From: Candidatus Limnocylindrales bacterium
Lineage (GTDB): Bacteria > Chloroflexota > Limnocylindria > Limnocylindrales > CSP1-4
Length of the DNA: 62,636 nt
Direction: 5' to 3'
Assembly: GCA_049520815.1 (NCBI GenBank)
Contig: JBEKPL010000003.1
Location: 1-62,636, forward strand
Numbering within the stretch: position 1 is the stretch's first letter; the number at the start of each line of letters is the position of its first letter. The notes below the pieces were generated by a model. The model had not been told where the DNA came from, did no database searches, and saw only the letters and a program-made list of their open reading frames with translations. Below, in pieces: positions 44,321 through 53,739 of the stretch. A program made the position numbers and the translations under genes.

Positions 44321-45568
44321 CTAGGTCGACGCGAAGTAGCCGGTCACGTCGAGAATCACGTGGGCCGTGGGACCCAGAGTCGGGGCCGCATAGGTGACAG
44401 AGAGGGTGCCTCCAGCATGGCGGACGATGACCGCGTTGGCCCGGTCGTCGCCGACGGGGAAGTTGAGATTCGAGCTGCTCGGATCGTTCATCGCGACGGC
44501 ACCGACGTACAGGAAGCCGGCGCTGGTCTGCTGCGTCACAGTCAGGTTGCCGATCAGCGCTTCGGCCGCTATCGGGCCGATGCCGCCTATCGCGAACGTC
44601 CGGGAGACGTGGGAGCTTGAGGGACCGGACATGCCGATCCCGGAGCGGGTGTCCAGAATGCGCGTCGGGGTGAGCGGCAAGTAGGGGGCGCCGGACGTCC
44701 CGGCCACGAAGTAGCCGTTCACATCGAAGATGACGTGCGCCGTCGGCCCAAACGTCGGAGCGGCGTAGGTGATGCTGAGCGACCCTCCGGCACTCAGGGG
44801 GACGATGACCGCGTTGGCTCGATCGTCGCCGAGCGGGAAGTTGAGAGTCGAACTGGTTGGGTTGTTCATCGCGACGGCGCCGATGTAAAGGAAGCCGAGG
44901 CTGGTCTGCTGGGTGACCGTGAGGTTGCCGCTCACCGCGGTAGCCCCGGTCGGTACCACGCCGCCTGTCACCTGGAAGGTCCGGGAGATGTGCGAAGTGA
45001 ATACGCCCGACAACCCTGTGCCATTGCGAGTGTCGAGCAAGCGTGTCGGGGTGGTCGTCATGAAGGTGGCGCCGCTGCCGTCCGGGGTGAAGTAGCCGGA
45101 CACATCGAAGATGAGGTGCGCCGTCGGCCCAAGCGTCGGAGCGGCATAGGTGATGAAGAGGGTGCCTCCGGCACCCAGGCTGATGATGACCGCGTTGGCT
45201 CGGTCGTCACCGAGTGGGAAGTTGAGAGTCGAAGTGGTTGGGTTGTTTGTCGCGACGGGGCCGATGTAGAGGAAACCGGGTCTGGTCTGCTGGGTGACCG
45301 TGAGGTTGCCGGTCACGGCTGACGCCCCGGTGGGCACGACGCCGCCTGTCACCTGGAGCGTCCGCGCCACGTGTGAGCTGAAGGGACCTGCCAACCCTGT
45401 GCCATTGCGTGTGTCGAGCAGGCGTGTCGGGTTGAGCGAGTGGTAGGTGGAGCCGACGAACCCATTCGCCGGTGCCTCCGGCGGTGCGGCCGCCGCCCCC
45501 GCCACGTTAGCGGCCGCGATCGTGAGCGCGCCGATGACCGACAGCAGTAGACGTCTCGAGCGTCTCAA
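44321..45568 (-). CDS. Secreted protein built from three tandem copies of an approximately 125-aa domain of unknown function
   Basis: TTG start with GGGGAG SD and signal peptide MRRSRRLLLSVIGALTIAAANVAGAAA. Each unit runs TRLLDTRNGTG...LTVTQQT..GFLYIG......STLNFPLGDDRANAVI....GG.L.ITYAAPT.GPTAH.IFDV.GYF. Confidence 0.7.
   Translation of the reverse strand: MRRSRRLLLSVIGALTIAAANVAGAAAAPPEAPANGFVGSTYHSLNPTRLLDTRNGTGLAGPFSSHVARTLQVTGGVVPTGASAVTGNLTVTQQTRPGFLYIGPVATNNPTTSTLNFPLGDDRANAVIISLGAGGTLFITYAAPTLGPTAHLIFDVSGYFTPDGSGATFMTTTPTRLLDTRNGTGLSGVFTSHISRTFQVTGGVVPTGATAVSGNLTVTQQTSLGFLYIGAVAMNNPTSSTLNFPLGDDRANAVIVPLSAGGSLSITYAAPTFGPTAHVIFDVNGYFVAGTSGAPYLPLTPTRILDTRSGIGMSGPSSSHVSRTFAIGGIGPIAAEALIGNLTVTQQTSAGFLYVGAVAMNDPSSSNLNFPVGDDRANAVIVRHAGGTLSVTYAAPTLGPTAHVILDVTGYFAST
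44330..45445 (-). repeat. Three in-frame tandem DNA repeats (about 390 nt period) inside the CDS
   Basis: Repeats 1 and 2 are visibly about 85% identical at the DNA level over more than 300 nt (for example ...gaccgcgttggctcg.tcgtc.ccgag.gggaagttgagagtcgaa.tggttgggttgtt...). Confidence 0.8.
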
Positions 45569-45809
45569 GTGAGTCTCCCCATCTCTTCCAGTCCCGGGAC
45601 GCTGGGACTCGGTGGCTCATCTGCCGACAGGCAGATCCTTCAACGAGCAGCCTACGCCCGCGTCATGACAAGCGCCAGTGGTTTGTCGCGGCGCGTGGCC
45701 ACTCGGCGGTCCAACGAGGGAGTGACGACTCAGACTCCACACCCTCTGAACATAGGGCGGTCTCCAGCGGTTCGGAAGTGAGCTTCCACTACCGGCGACG
45801 CCCTTCTGA

Positions 45810-46646
45810 CTAGACGCTCGGCGGCTGTTCGTCGCCCACCGGCTCCGTCTTGCCTGCCGGTCCCCCGCCCGCCTCGGCCCGGGCCCGAGACGCGAGCTGG
45901 GTCACCTCCTGGTGAGTCAGCGGCCGAGCATCGCCGGCGTGGAGGTCCGTCAGCTTGAGCGTCCCGACTCTGACCCTCACGAGGCGCCGGACGGGGGTGC
46001 CCGTCGACTCGAACATCCGCCTGATCTGGCGCTTCCAGCCCTGGGCCAGTACGACGCGATACCAGCGCAGCTCGGCGTGCGGCGGCTCGAGGAGATCGAG
46101 CAGGCTCCGAACTTGGGCCGGTGTCGCGTCCTCCAGTCGATCGAGCCGCGCCGGGCCCTCCTCCAGCTCGATGCCGTTCTTGAGGGCCGCGCGCTGAAGC
46201 TTGGTCACGGACCGATCCAGGCCCACCATGTACTCGCGTTCGACTCCGTAGCGCGGGTGCAGCAGGAGATCCGCCCACCTGCCGTCATCGGTGAACAGCA
46301 GAAGACCCTCCGACTCCTCGTCCAGGCGTCCGACCGGGTAGAGGCGCGTGTGGCGCCGCGCCTCAGCGGGGAGCAGCTCCATCACAGTCCGCTCGGCGTG
46401 GCGATCCCGAACCGTCGAGACGACGCCGGCTGGTTTGTTCAGGGCCCAGTAAGAACGTGTCCCCGCAACCGCGGGCAACGGCTTGCCGTCGACCTCGACG
46501 CGCTGCACCTCCAGGTCGACCTTCTCGCCGATGATGGCCGGCCGGCCGTCCACCCTCACCCGTCCGGCCCTTATCAGGTCCTCACTACCGCGACGCGATC
46601 CGACACCCGCGTCGGCCATGGCCTTGTGCACCCGCACCCATGCCAC
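45810..46646 (-). CDS. rluB: Pseudouridine synthase, RsuA/RluB family
   Basis: S4 domain (RVHKAMADAGVGSRRGSEDLIRAGRVRVDG) and catalytic GRLDEESEGLLLFTDDG. GTG start directly after the scpB stop. Confidence 0.88.
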   Translation of the reverse strand: MAWVRVHKAMADAGVGSRRGSEDLIRAGRVRVDGRPAIIGEKVDLEVQRVEVDGKPLPAVAGTRSYWALNKPAGVVSTVRDRHAERTVMELLPAEARRHTRLYPVGRLDEESEGLLLFTDDGRWADLLLHPRYGVEREYMVGLDRSVTKLQRAALKNGIELEEGPARLDRLEDATPAQVRSLLDLLEPPHAELRWYRVVLAQGWKRQIRRMFESTGTPVRRLVRVRVGTLKLTDLHAGDARPLTHQEVTQLASRARAEAGGGPAGKTEPVGDEQPPSV

Positions 46647-47294
46647 TCAGCCGGCCCCCGCTCCCTCGGCCTGCGCCGCGTCGAACAGGCGGGCGCCGAT
46701 CTCGGGCTCGAGCGGCGGCAGCTCATCGAGGCTCGTAAGCCCGAAACGCTCCAGGAAATCGAACCCGGTGCCGTACAGGATCGGCCGGCCCGGGGTCTCC
46801 GAGCGGCCGAGCTCAACGATCAGGCGACGATGCAGCAGCGTTCGGAGCGTGTACTCCGAATCCACTCCCCGGATCCGCTCGACGGTGGCGCGGGTACATG
46901 GCTGGCGATAGGCCACGATCGCCAGTGTCTCCAGGGATGGCGTGGAGAGGCGCGGAGCGTCGGCGCCGATGTAGCGGGCGATCAGGCGGCCCGCCTCCGG
47001 CGCCGTCGCCAGCTCGATGCGTTCACCCGATTCCACCAGCCGGATTCCCCTCTCCGCGAGCCGGACCTGGAGATCTCCGATGCAGGCGTCCACGATCTCG
47101 CGGTCGACGCCCGCGAGCTGGGCGATCTCGGACCGTGCCAGAGGCCGTTCGGCCACGAACAGCAGGGCCTCCAGTTGAGTCTCGGTCAGCTCGCCCGGTT
47201 GTGGCTCCGCGTTCGCGCCCTCCGTCTCCGCCCCATCGCTTGCCAGGTCCAGCTCCCCGGAGCTTGGAATGGGCTCGCCGTAGTCCTGCGTCAT
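46647..47294 (-). CDS. scpB: Segregation and condensation protein B
   Basis: LEALLFVAERPL...LSTPSLETLAIVAYRQPCTRATVERIRGVDS...GRPILYGTGFDFLERFGL. ATG 47294 overlaps the scpA stop (ATGA). Confidence 0.9.
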   Translation of the reverse strand: MTQDYGEPIPSSGELDLASDGAETEGANAEPQPGELTETQLEALLFVAERPLARSEIAQLAGVDREIVDACIGDLQVRLAERGIRLVESGERIELATAPEAGRLIARYIGADAPRLSTPSLETLAIVAYRQPCTRATVERIRGVDSEYTLRTLLHRRLIVELGRSETPGRPILYGTGFDFLERFGLTSLDELPPLEPEIGARLFDAAQAEGAGAG

Positions 47295-48181
47295 GCGAAC
47301 GACTCCAGGCTTTCGTCTATCTCGGCCTCGCTCTCCGCAACTCCCGGCACCCGCCGGACGATGATCGGCCCCCACGGCTCGGCCTGCTCCAGGGTGATCT
47401 CGCGACGCTTGGAGAGCTCCAGCATCGCCAGGAACGTGACCGCCACGACGACCCGGTCTCGGACGCCGCCAAGCAGCTCCTGGAGCACGATCGTGTCGGA
47501 GCCGCGCAGGGCCGCCCTGATGATTGCCGTTCGCTCGGCCAGGGATATCGTACGGGTCAGGATCTCGGCCGGAAGCGGAGTCTCGGGCACGACGCTCGCC
47601 AGACGGCGCAGGGCCCCGGTCAGCGCGGACACGGGCAGTGGCGGCCGCTCCGGCGGCCGGGCTCCGGCCCTGCCAGCGTCCGTGGCGACCTCGGCATCGC
47701 GGCGGAAGAGGCGATCGACGCCGTGCCGCTCCCCCAGAGCGACGCCTGCGTCGCGGAAGCGGCGGTACTCGAGGAGTCGGGCCCGCAGCTCGGCCTCAGG
47801 GTCGAGCTCGTCGTCGAGCGGTATCGCTGTGGTCTTCGGCGGCCGTGGCAGGATTGCCCGGCTCTTGATGAGGATCAGCTGGGCGGCTACGGCCACGAAG
47901 GTCGAGATGTTGCCGAGCCTGTCCCCCTCCAGGCTCGCCAGAGCATCCAGATACGCCTCGGCCAAGCCGCCGAGGGGAACGGTCAGGACGTCGAGCTGGC
48001 GGGCCTCGATAAGCGCGAGCAAGAGCGCCAGTGGACCGTCGAAATCCTCCAGACGAACGTGCGTGGCGCTCGCGACCCGGCCGTCGCCGAAGACAACCTG
48101 CGGAGCGACGCCCGGCCTCGGCGGCACGCCCGTGTGGTCGTTGCGGCTCGACATGCGATTCCGAGCGGCGGTATCGGTCAT
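47291..48181 (-). CDS. scpA: Segregation and condensation protein A
   Basis: LEDFDGPLALLLALIEARQLDVLTVPLGGLAEAYL...FLAMLELSKRREITLEQ. ATG 48181 shares 1 nt with the upstream TGA. Confidence 0.88.
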   Translation of the reverse strand: MTDTAARNRMSSRNDHTGVPPRPGVAPQVVFGDGRVASATHVRLEDFDGPLALLLALIEARQLDVLTVPLGGLAEAYLDALASLEGDRLGNISTFVAVAAQLILIKSRAILPRPPKTTAIPLDDELDPEAELRARLLEYRRFRDAGVALGERHGVDRLFRRDAEVATDAGRAGARPPERPPLPVSALTGALRRLASVVPETPLPAEILTRTISLAERTAIIRAALRGSDTIVLQELLGGVRDRVVVAVTFLAMLELSKRREITLEQAEPWGPIIVRRVPGVAESEAEIDESLESFA

Positions 48182-48672
48182 CAGTTGGCCTCGTCGGCGG
48201 TCAGGAGAAGGCGCCCGTCGTCGTCCGCCGGCGTTTCCTGGTTTCGAATCAGCTCGATCGTTCGGGGACTGCACCCGGCCTCTGCGGCCAGGTCAGCCGA
48301 CCGCGCGGCATGGTCCCGTAGTCTGGCCAGGCCCGTCCGGAACGTCGGCACGCGGCCGCTCGCCCGCCAGATCCAGGCGCCGTAGCGCTGCCCCAGGGCC
48401 CAGGCCACGCGGTGCACGAGTCGGGTTCGGGGTCCTTTCCCGCAATCGTGCAGCAGACCGGCGACCAGCAGGTCGCGGTCGACGGCGCCGCGCCCACGCA
48501 GGTCACTCACGACATCCAGACCGTGACGCCGATCGGCCACGAGCATGCGATCGAACAACTCCAGCTGTCGCGGTTCGAGCCAGCCGGCCAGCTCCTCCCG
48601 CTCAGCCACCGAGACGCCGGCGCGAAGGTACGCCCAGGTGCGCCTGATCTTCGACGCCCACCAGCCACGCAC
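48181..48672 (-). CDS. HD-domain protein
   Basis: RRHGLDV...LLVAGLLHDCGKG. Confidence 0.7.
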   Translation of the reverse strand: MRGWWASKIRRTWAYLRAGVSVAEREELAGWLEPRQLELFDRMLVADRRHGLDVVSDLRGRGAVDRDLLVAGLLHDCGKGPRTRLVHRVAWALGQRYGAWIWRASGRVPTFRTGLARLRDHAARSADLAAEAGCSPRTIELIRNQETPADDDGRLLLTADEAN

Positions 48673-48681
48673 GGATTGAGG

Positions 48682-49338
48682 CTAGATCATCTGGATGGGA
48701 AGGCCGGTGAGGAGACTGACGATCGGCCGACCGATGGGGCTGATGACTTGACCGGCGAAGAGGATGAACACGATCAGCACGAAGAGCCCGTACTGATTCA
48801 GGAATGCCTGGACGTCGCGAGACGTGCGCGGATCCAGGAAGTCGAACAAGACATGCGATCCGTCCAGGGGCGGGATCGGGATGAGGTTGAAGATCATCAG
48901 GACCACGTTCAGCCAGATGCCCGAGTAGCAGACCAGCTGCACCATCTCGATCACCGACGTGTTGTTCCACCCCACGCCGTCTGCCCACAGGATGCGGAAC
49001 GGGATCGCGAACAGGGCGGCCAGCACGAGATTCGACAACGGGCCGGCAGCGGCCACTATGGAATTGGCGTAGCGGCCGCGCAGGTTGTATGGGTTCACCG
49101 GTGTGGGTTTCGCCCATCCGAATCCGACGCTGGCGAAAAGCACGCTCAAAGCCAGCAGCGAACCGCCCACGGGATCGAAGTGCACGAGGGGGTTCAGTGT
49201 GATCCGGCCGTACAGCTTGGCCGTGCCGTCGCCAAGCTTCCAGGCGGCGACGGCATGAGCGCACTCGTGCACGGGTCCCGCGAGCAGCAGGAAGAGCGCG
49301 ATCCAAATGACTGCAACAGCGACGTGGTACGAAGTCAA
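48682..49338 (-). CDS. Site-2 protease family (M50) membrane metalloprotease, short form
   Basis: HECAHAVAAWKLGD (HExxH) and NLIPIPPLDGSHVL, about 6 TM helices. Confidence 0.8.
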   Translation of the reverse strand: MTSYHVAVAVIWIALFLLLAGPVHECAHAVAAWKLGDGTAKLYGRITLNPLVHFDPVGGSLLALSVLFASVGFGWAKPTPVNPYNLRGRYANSIVAAAGPLSNLVLAALFAIPFRILWADGVGWNNTSVIEMVQLVCYSGIWLNVVLMIFNLIPIPPLDGSHVLFDFLDPRTSRDVQAFLNQYGLFVLIVFILFAGQVISPIGRPIVSLLTGLPIQMI

Positions 49339-49416
49339 ACCCGGACCTCGCTTCCATGACGACCGAAGCGGCAGGGGCGCCGGTGCGACATCGGGCGCCC
49401 CTCAGCCTCTCCGGAG

Positions 49417-50100
49417 CTAGATGCGGCCGAGCAGCTCGGCTTTCTTGGCCTCGTACTCGGCCGCCGTGATGGCGCCCTTGTCGCGCAGACTCGCGAGCTT
49501 CGCCAGTGTCGCGGTCGCATCGTCGGAGCTCGCCGCCTTCGACGCGGCCGCCGGAGCGGCCGGTGCCGCTGCGGCGGCGGAACTCATGCCAGGCCGCCGA
49601 CCGGCATCCTCCAGCTCGTTCTTGGCGTTCAGCATCGCCTTCTTGAAGTCGACGACGTGGGCCAGCATCTGGTATCGATCGAGGCCCTCCTCATTCGCGG
49701 TCAGGATCTCGAGGTCGCCGTAGTGGAGCATCCTGGCCAGGATGCCCTGCTTGAGGAGGGCGTCATTGATCTTCTCGAGCGAGCTGTCGCCGCTCTTCTT
49801 GTCGAGCAGCCCTTCGACCTTCAGAACGCGGCGGTTCGTGATGATGTACTCCTCGGCTCTCCAGGAGAAGTACACGATCCCGATCCAGACCAGGCCAATG
49901 AGAACCAACACCAGATCTACGATCCCAAAGATGCTGCGAATCGCCCAGTGGAACACCTGGCGCTCGATCAACGCCAGCACGACCCCCACCAGCACCAGGA
50001 GCAGGGCATTCCGGGCGTCCGAGAGGGGCGCCAGCCAGTGCTGCCTGGCTCTGTACTGGACCTGCTCCCCCTTGGCCATCAACGTATCCGCGTAGCTCAT
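49417..50100 (-). CDS. Membrane protein with a bacterial PH (bPH_2/YdbT-like) domain and a C-terminal SHOCT domain
   Basis: Two TMs followed by EEYIITNRRVLKVEGLLDKKSGDSSLEKIND. C-terminal LAKLASLRDKGAITAAEYEAKKAELLGRI is SHOCT-like. Confidence 0.7.
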   Translation of the reverse strand: MSYADTLMAKGEQVQYRARQHWLAPLSDARNALLLVLVGVVLALIERQVFHWAIRSIFGIVDLVLVLIGLVWIGIVYFSWRAEEYIITNRRVLKVEGLLDKKSGDSSLEKINDALLKQGILARMLHYGDLEILTANEEGLDRYQMLAHVVDFKKAMLNAKNELEDAGRRPGMSSAAAAAPAAPAAASKAASSDDATATLAKLASLRDKGAITAAEYEAKKAELLGRI

Positions 50101-50145
50101 CCTGTCTCCTTCATGGCCCGTCCACCTGCGGGCTGCTCCACTCCG

Positions 50146-51090
50146 TCACGCTCGTGGATGGGCACGAGCATATACGTCCTTGATCCGTTCGCCAGTCAGA
50201 TGCGTGTACAGCTGTGTCGTGCTGATGCTCGCATGTCCGAGCAACTCCTGAACGATACGCAGGTCGGCCCCGCCTTCCAATAGGTGGGTCGCGAAAGAAT
50301 GGCGCAGCGTATGAGGGCTGATTCCGTCCCGCAGACCGGCGCTCCTGGCCGCAGCGACGAGTATCTCCCAGCCTCGCCGTCGATCCAGCCGATCGCCGCG
50401 CACGGACAGGAAGAGGGGCCCTCCGCGACGCGCGTCCTCGTGCCGCCCGGCCAGCCAGCCGGGCCGGACATCGGCGACGTACCGGCGCAGCCAGGCCAGC
50501 GCCACCTCGCCGACCGGCACCTGGCGTTCGCGATCGCCCTTGCCGACGACCCGAACCAGGCCCGCGTCCAGCGAGATCTCCTCGAGATCCAGGCCGACGG
50601 CCTCGGATATCCGCAGCCCCGAGGCGTACAGCAGCTCCAGAAGCGCCCGATCCCGGATCCCGACCGCGGAATCGCCGCTCTTCGCGCTCAGGAGGGCGTC
50701 GACCTCATCGACGCTCAGCACCTCGGGCAGCAGGCGCGGCTGGCGGGGCAGGTCGAACCGCGCCGCCAAATCCGACTCGATGAGCCCCTCCGCGAAGCAG
50801 AATCGGTAGAAGCCGCGCAACGAGGCCGCCCGGCGCCGCAGAGTGGTTGGTCGGAGGGCGTGGCGCCGGCCCCGCCCGGGCGATGCGAGCATGCTCAGGT
50901 AGCGGATCGGGGCCTCGGCAGAGGTGTCCCACGTCGTCGATGTGCCGCGACTGGCAGCGAAGTCCAGGAGATCCGCGCGGTAGGCGGCGAGCGTCGCCGG
51001 GGACAGCCCACGCTCGACGCGCAGATGGAGCAAGAAGTCGTCGATCGCGGTGCCCAGACGGTCCGCAGAGCCATCCGTCGCGCCGCTCAT
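50146..51090 (-). CDS. xerD: Tyrosine recombinase XerD/XerC (chromosome dimer resolution)
   Basis: IDDFLLHLRVERGLSPATLAAYRADL...HTLRHSFATHLLEGGADLRIVQELLGHASISTTQLYTHL. Start taken at MSGATDG (51090), 1 nt after the recN stop. Confidence 0.88.
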   Translation of the reverse strand: MSGATDGSADRLGTAIDDFLLHLRVERGLSPATLAAYRADLLDFAASRGTSTTWDTSAEAPIRYLSMLASPGRGRRHALRPTTLRRRAASLRGFYRFCFAEGLIESDLAARFDLPRQPRLLPEVLSVDEVDALLSAKSGDSAVGIRDRALLELLYASGLRISEAVGLDLEEISLDAGLVRVVGKGDRERQVPVGEVALAWLRRYVADVRPGWLAGRHEDARRGGPLFLSVRGDRLDRRRGWEILVAAARSAGLRDGISPHTLRHSFATHLLEGGADLRIVQELLGHASISTTQLYTHLTGERIKDVYARAHPRA

Positions 51091-51091
51091 A

Positions 51092-52897
51092 TCAACGGCG
51101 CTCAGTCGTCCTGCGCCAGCCGTCGGCTCGTTCGAGCAGCTCCTCGGCGCTCGCCCTGGCGGCTGCACCGCCTTCGGCCCCGGCCAGCATCTGAGCCAGC
51201 TCGGCGATTCGGTCGGATCCTTCCACGCGGTGGACTTCCGTCACGGTCCGTCCGTCGCGCTGGCGTTTCTCGATGCGGAACTGCGCGTCGGCGTAGGCGG
51301 CTATCTGCCCGAGATGCGTGACGCACAGAACCTGGTGCGTCCGGGCCAGCTCCCAGAGGCTGCGGCCCACGGGCTCGGCACTGCGGCCGCCGATGCCGCT
51401 GTCGATCTCGTCGAAGACGAGCGTGGGCGTCCGATCGGCCGCGGCCAGGATCTGCTTGATGGCGAGGGCCACGCGGGAGAGCTCGCCTCCGGACGCGATT
51501 CGGGCCAGCGGCCGGGCCGGCTCGCCGGGGTTCGGCGCGATCAGGAACGCCACCGAGTCCAGACCGCTGCCGTCGAAGGCGACGCGCCCGCCGTCCACTT
51601 CCACAGCCGGCTCGGTGGGTCCCGCTGGTCGGCGCGCGATTGCGACCTGGAACGCGGTCTGGCGGAACCCGAGGCCGGCCAGAGCCGCCTCAACGGCGCT
51701 CGCCAGCCGCCCGGCGGCGGCCGTCCGACCGCTCGTCAGCTCCCTCCCGGCCGCGGCCACGTCCATCAGGAGGCGCGCCGCCTCGGCCTGACGTGACTCA
51801 CGCGACGCCTCCAGATCGCGCAGGCGCGCGGCCTCCCCCGCGGCCTTGTCCCCGTACTCGATCACGGCCGCCTCGTCTTCGCCGTACTTGCGCTCGAGCG
51901 AGTAGATCAGGGAGAGCCGCTCTTCCATCCGTGCCAGAGCCGCCGGGTCGTGCTCCACGCTCTCCGCCAGGTCTCGCGCCTCGGCGGCCGCATCCTCCAG
52001 CTCCGCCGCCAGCCCGAGCAACCGCTCCGCCACCGGGCCGTAGCGATCGTCGAGTCGCGCCAGCTCGCGGGCCCGCTGGGCGGCCGCGGCCGTGACCTCT
52101 CTCGCACCGCTCCCCTCTCCCGCGAGCGCCTCATGAATCTCGACGCTGCCTCGTGCGATGGTCTCACCGTGCTGGGCCGCGGCCAGCCGCGCCCCGATCT
52201 CCGCCGCCTCGCCCATACGCAGTCTTGCACCGGCTATCTCACCGGCCTGATGCTCCTGCAGCTCGAGACGCCTCGTCAGCTCGCGTGGGTCCAGCGCCAG
52301 CTCTGCGAGAGCAGCCTGATTCTGCCGCCACGACTCCACGGCCGCCGCCATCGCCGCGCGTTCTCGTTCGAGCCGGCCGAACGAATCGAGCAGCTCTCGC
52401 TGCCAGCGCTCGTCGAGGAGCCGCTGCTGTTCGTGCTGCCCGTGGATCTCGACCAGCCGTCCGACCACATCGGAGAGGCGCGCGGCGGTGACCGCCTCGT
52501 CGTCGATTCGAGCCGTGGATCGGCCGGCGGCGGAGATCTCGCGAACGCAGATCAGCGGCTCGGGCAGGCGGTCGAAGAGCGCCTCCACTCGCGCCGCATC
52601 CGAGCCGTGACGAACAAGAGACGAATCTGCCCTGGCTCCCACGGCCAGGCCGACGGCGTCGATGAGCAGGCTCTTGCCGGCGCCGGTCTCCCCCGTCAGG
52701 ACGTTGAGACCGGGCTCGAAGGCGATCCTCACCCGGTCGATCAGAGCCAGGTCGTGGACGCTGAGATCGGTCAGGCGGCCTGCGACCATAGGCGCCGCCT
52801 CCGGGTTCGGGCGGCTCGCGACTTCGGAGGAGACCGAGCCTGCGGCACCCGCTTCAACTCCCTCCGTGTCGAAGTCCGTGTCGACGCCGCCGGTCAT
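51092..52897 (-). CDS. recN: DNA repair protein RecN
   Basis: LNVLTGETGAGKSLLIDAV, long coiled coil, SGGELSRVALAIK, LVFDEIDSGIGG. ATG 52897 overlaps the nadK stop (ATGA). The alternative start is 52789. Confidence 0.93.
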   Translation of the reverse strand: MTGGVDTDFDTEGVEAGAAGSVSSEVASRPNPEAAPMVAGRLTDLSVHDLALIDRVRIAFEPGLNVLTGETGAGKSLLIDAVGLAVGARADSSLVRHGSDAARVEALFDRLPEPLICVREISAAGRSTARIDDEAVTAARLSDVVGRLVEIHGQHEQQRLLDERWQRELLDSFGRLERERAAMAAAVESWRQNQAALAELALDPRELTRRLELQEHQAGEIAGARLRMGEAAEIGARLAAAQHGETIARGSVEIHEALAGEGSGAREVTAAAAQRARELARLDDRYGPVAERLLGLAAELEDAAAEARDLAESVEHDPAALARMEERLSLIYSLERKYGEDEAAVIEYGDKAAGEAARLRDLEASRESRQAEAARLLMDVAAAGRELTSGRTAAAGRLASAVEAALAGLGFRQTAFQVAIARRPAGPTEPAVEVDGGRVAFDGSGLDSVAFLIAPNPGEPARPLARIASGGELSRVALAIKQILAAADRTPTLVFDEIDSGIGGRSAEPVGRSLWELARTHQVLCVTHLGQIAAYADAQFRIEKRQRDGRTVTEVHRVEGSDRIAELAQMLAGAEGGAAARASAEELLERADGWRRTTERR

Positions 52898-53739
52898 GAC
52901 GGTAGCAACTCCGATTTCTGACGGAGCAGATCCCAGAACGGCACCGCTCCGTTAGGTTCGATGAACCGGATCGGCCGTCCCATCTCGCACACGGACACCA
53001 CGTCGCCGATGGCAAGCTTGCGGTCCTCGCGGCCGTCCACGCTCATCAGGACGTCATGGGCATCGATCACGCGGCACCGAACGGTGTGGCGTGGGCTCAC
53101 CACCACCGACCGTATGGCCGTCAGATAGCCGGCGATCGGCGTGACTACCAGGTTCCTGCTGGTGGGATCGAGGATCGGGCCGCCGGCCGAGAATGAGTAC
53201 CCGGTCGATCCGGTGGGGCTGGACACGACCAGCCCGTCGGCAATGAAGGTGGCCAGGTGCGAAGGACCGATCTCGACCTCGATCCGGCAGACGCGCGCCA
53301 GAGACGCGCGGACCACGGCGATCTCGTTGAGAGCGGCGAAGGTCTCGCCAGGCTCGCTGCGCCCTCCCGGATGGATCGTGGCCTGCAAAGCCATTCGATT
53401 CTCCAGGCTAAATTCGCCCTCGACGAGCTGACCCAGTACGGCCTCCAGGTCCTTTGTCTCCACCTTGGACAGGAAGCCGACCTTGCCGAGGTTCACGCCC
53501 ACGAGCGGGACGTCCACCTCCGCCACGGCCCGGGCCGCGCGTAGGAATGTGCCGTCCCCACCCAGAACGACCAGCGCGCCCGTCCCGGGCAGCTGAGCCA
53601 GCAGGACCTCGAGCTCGCCTGCCGGGGCTGCCCAGTGGGCGACGCCCCTGGCTTCACACCAGGCCTCGGCGCGCTCGCGCAGCTCGAGTGCCGCCTCCTT
53701 GGTTGGGTTGTAGGCGAACCCCAGACGACTGAGCTTCAT
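52894..53739 (-). CDS. nadK: NAD kinase
   Basis: Start MKLSRLGFAYNP (ATGA overlap with the tlyA stop). VVLGGDGTFLRAAR, GVNLGKVGFLS, STGYSFSAGGPI. The 469-aa ORF-track version was rejected. Confidence 0.92.
   Translation of the reverse strand: MKLSRLGFAYNPTKEAALELRERAEAWCEARGVAHWAAPAGELEVLLAQLPGTGALVVLGGDGTFLRAARAVAEVDVPLVGVNLGKVGFLSKVETKDLEAVLGQLVEGEFSLENRMALQATIHPGGRSEPGETFAALNEIAVVRASLARVCRIEVEIGPSHLATFIADGLVVSSPTGSTGYSFSAGGPILDPTSRNLVVTPIAGYLTAIRSVVVSPRHTVRCRVIDAHDVLMSVDGREDRKLAIGDVVSVCEMGRPIRFIEPNGAVPFWDLLRQKSELLPS

Noticed and set aside
44330-45445. Tandem repeats as a possible CRISPR or VNTR array
   Set aside because: The period is about 390 nt, the repeats are in frame and they translate into a coherent repeated protein domain. 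There is no short repeat and spacer organisation anywhere in the window.
50146-51090. The tyrosine recombinase as a mobile-element integrase
   Set aside because: The sequence has XerC/D-type N- and C-terminal motifs. It sits in the conserved housekeeping context recN-xerD-...-scpAB, and there are no flanking repeats or tRNA. It was called as the chromosome dimer-resolution recombinase.
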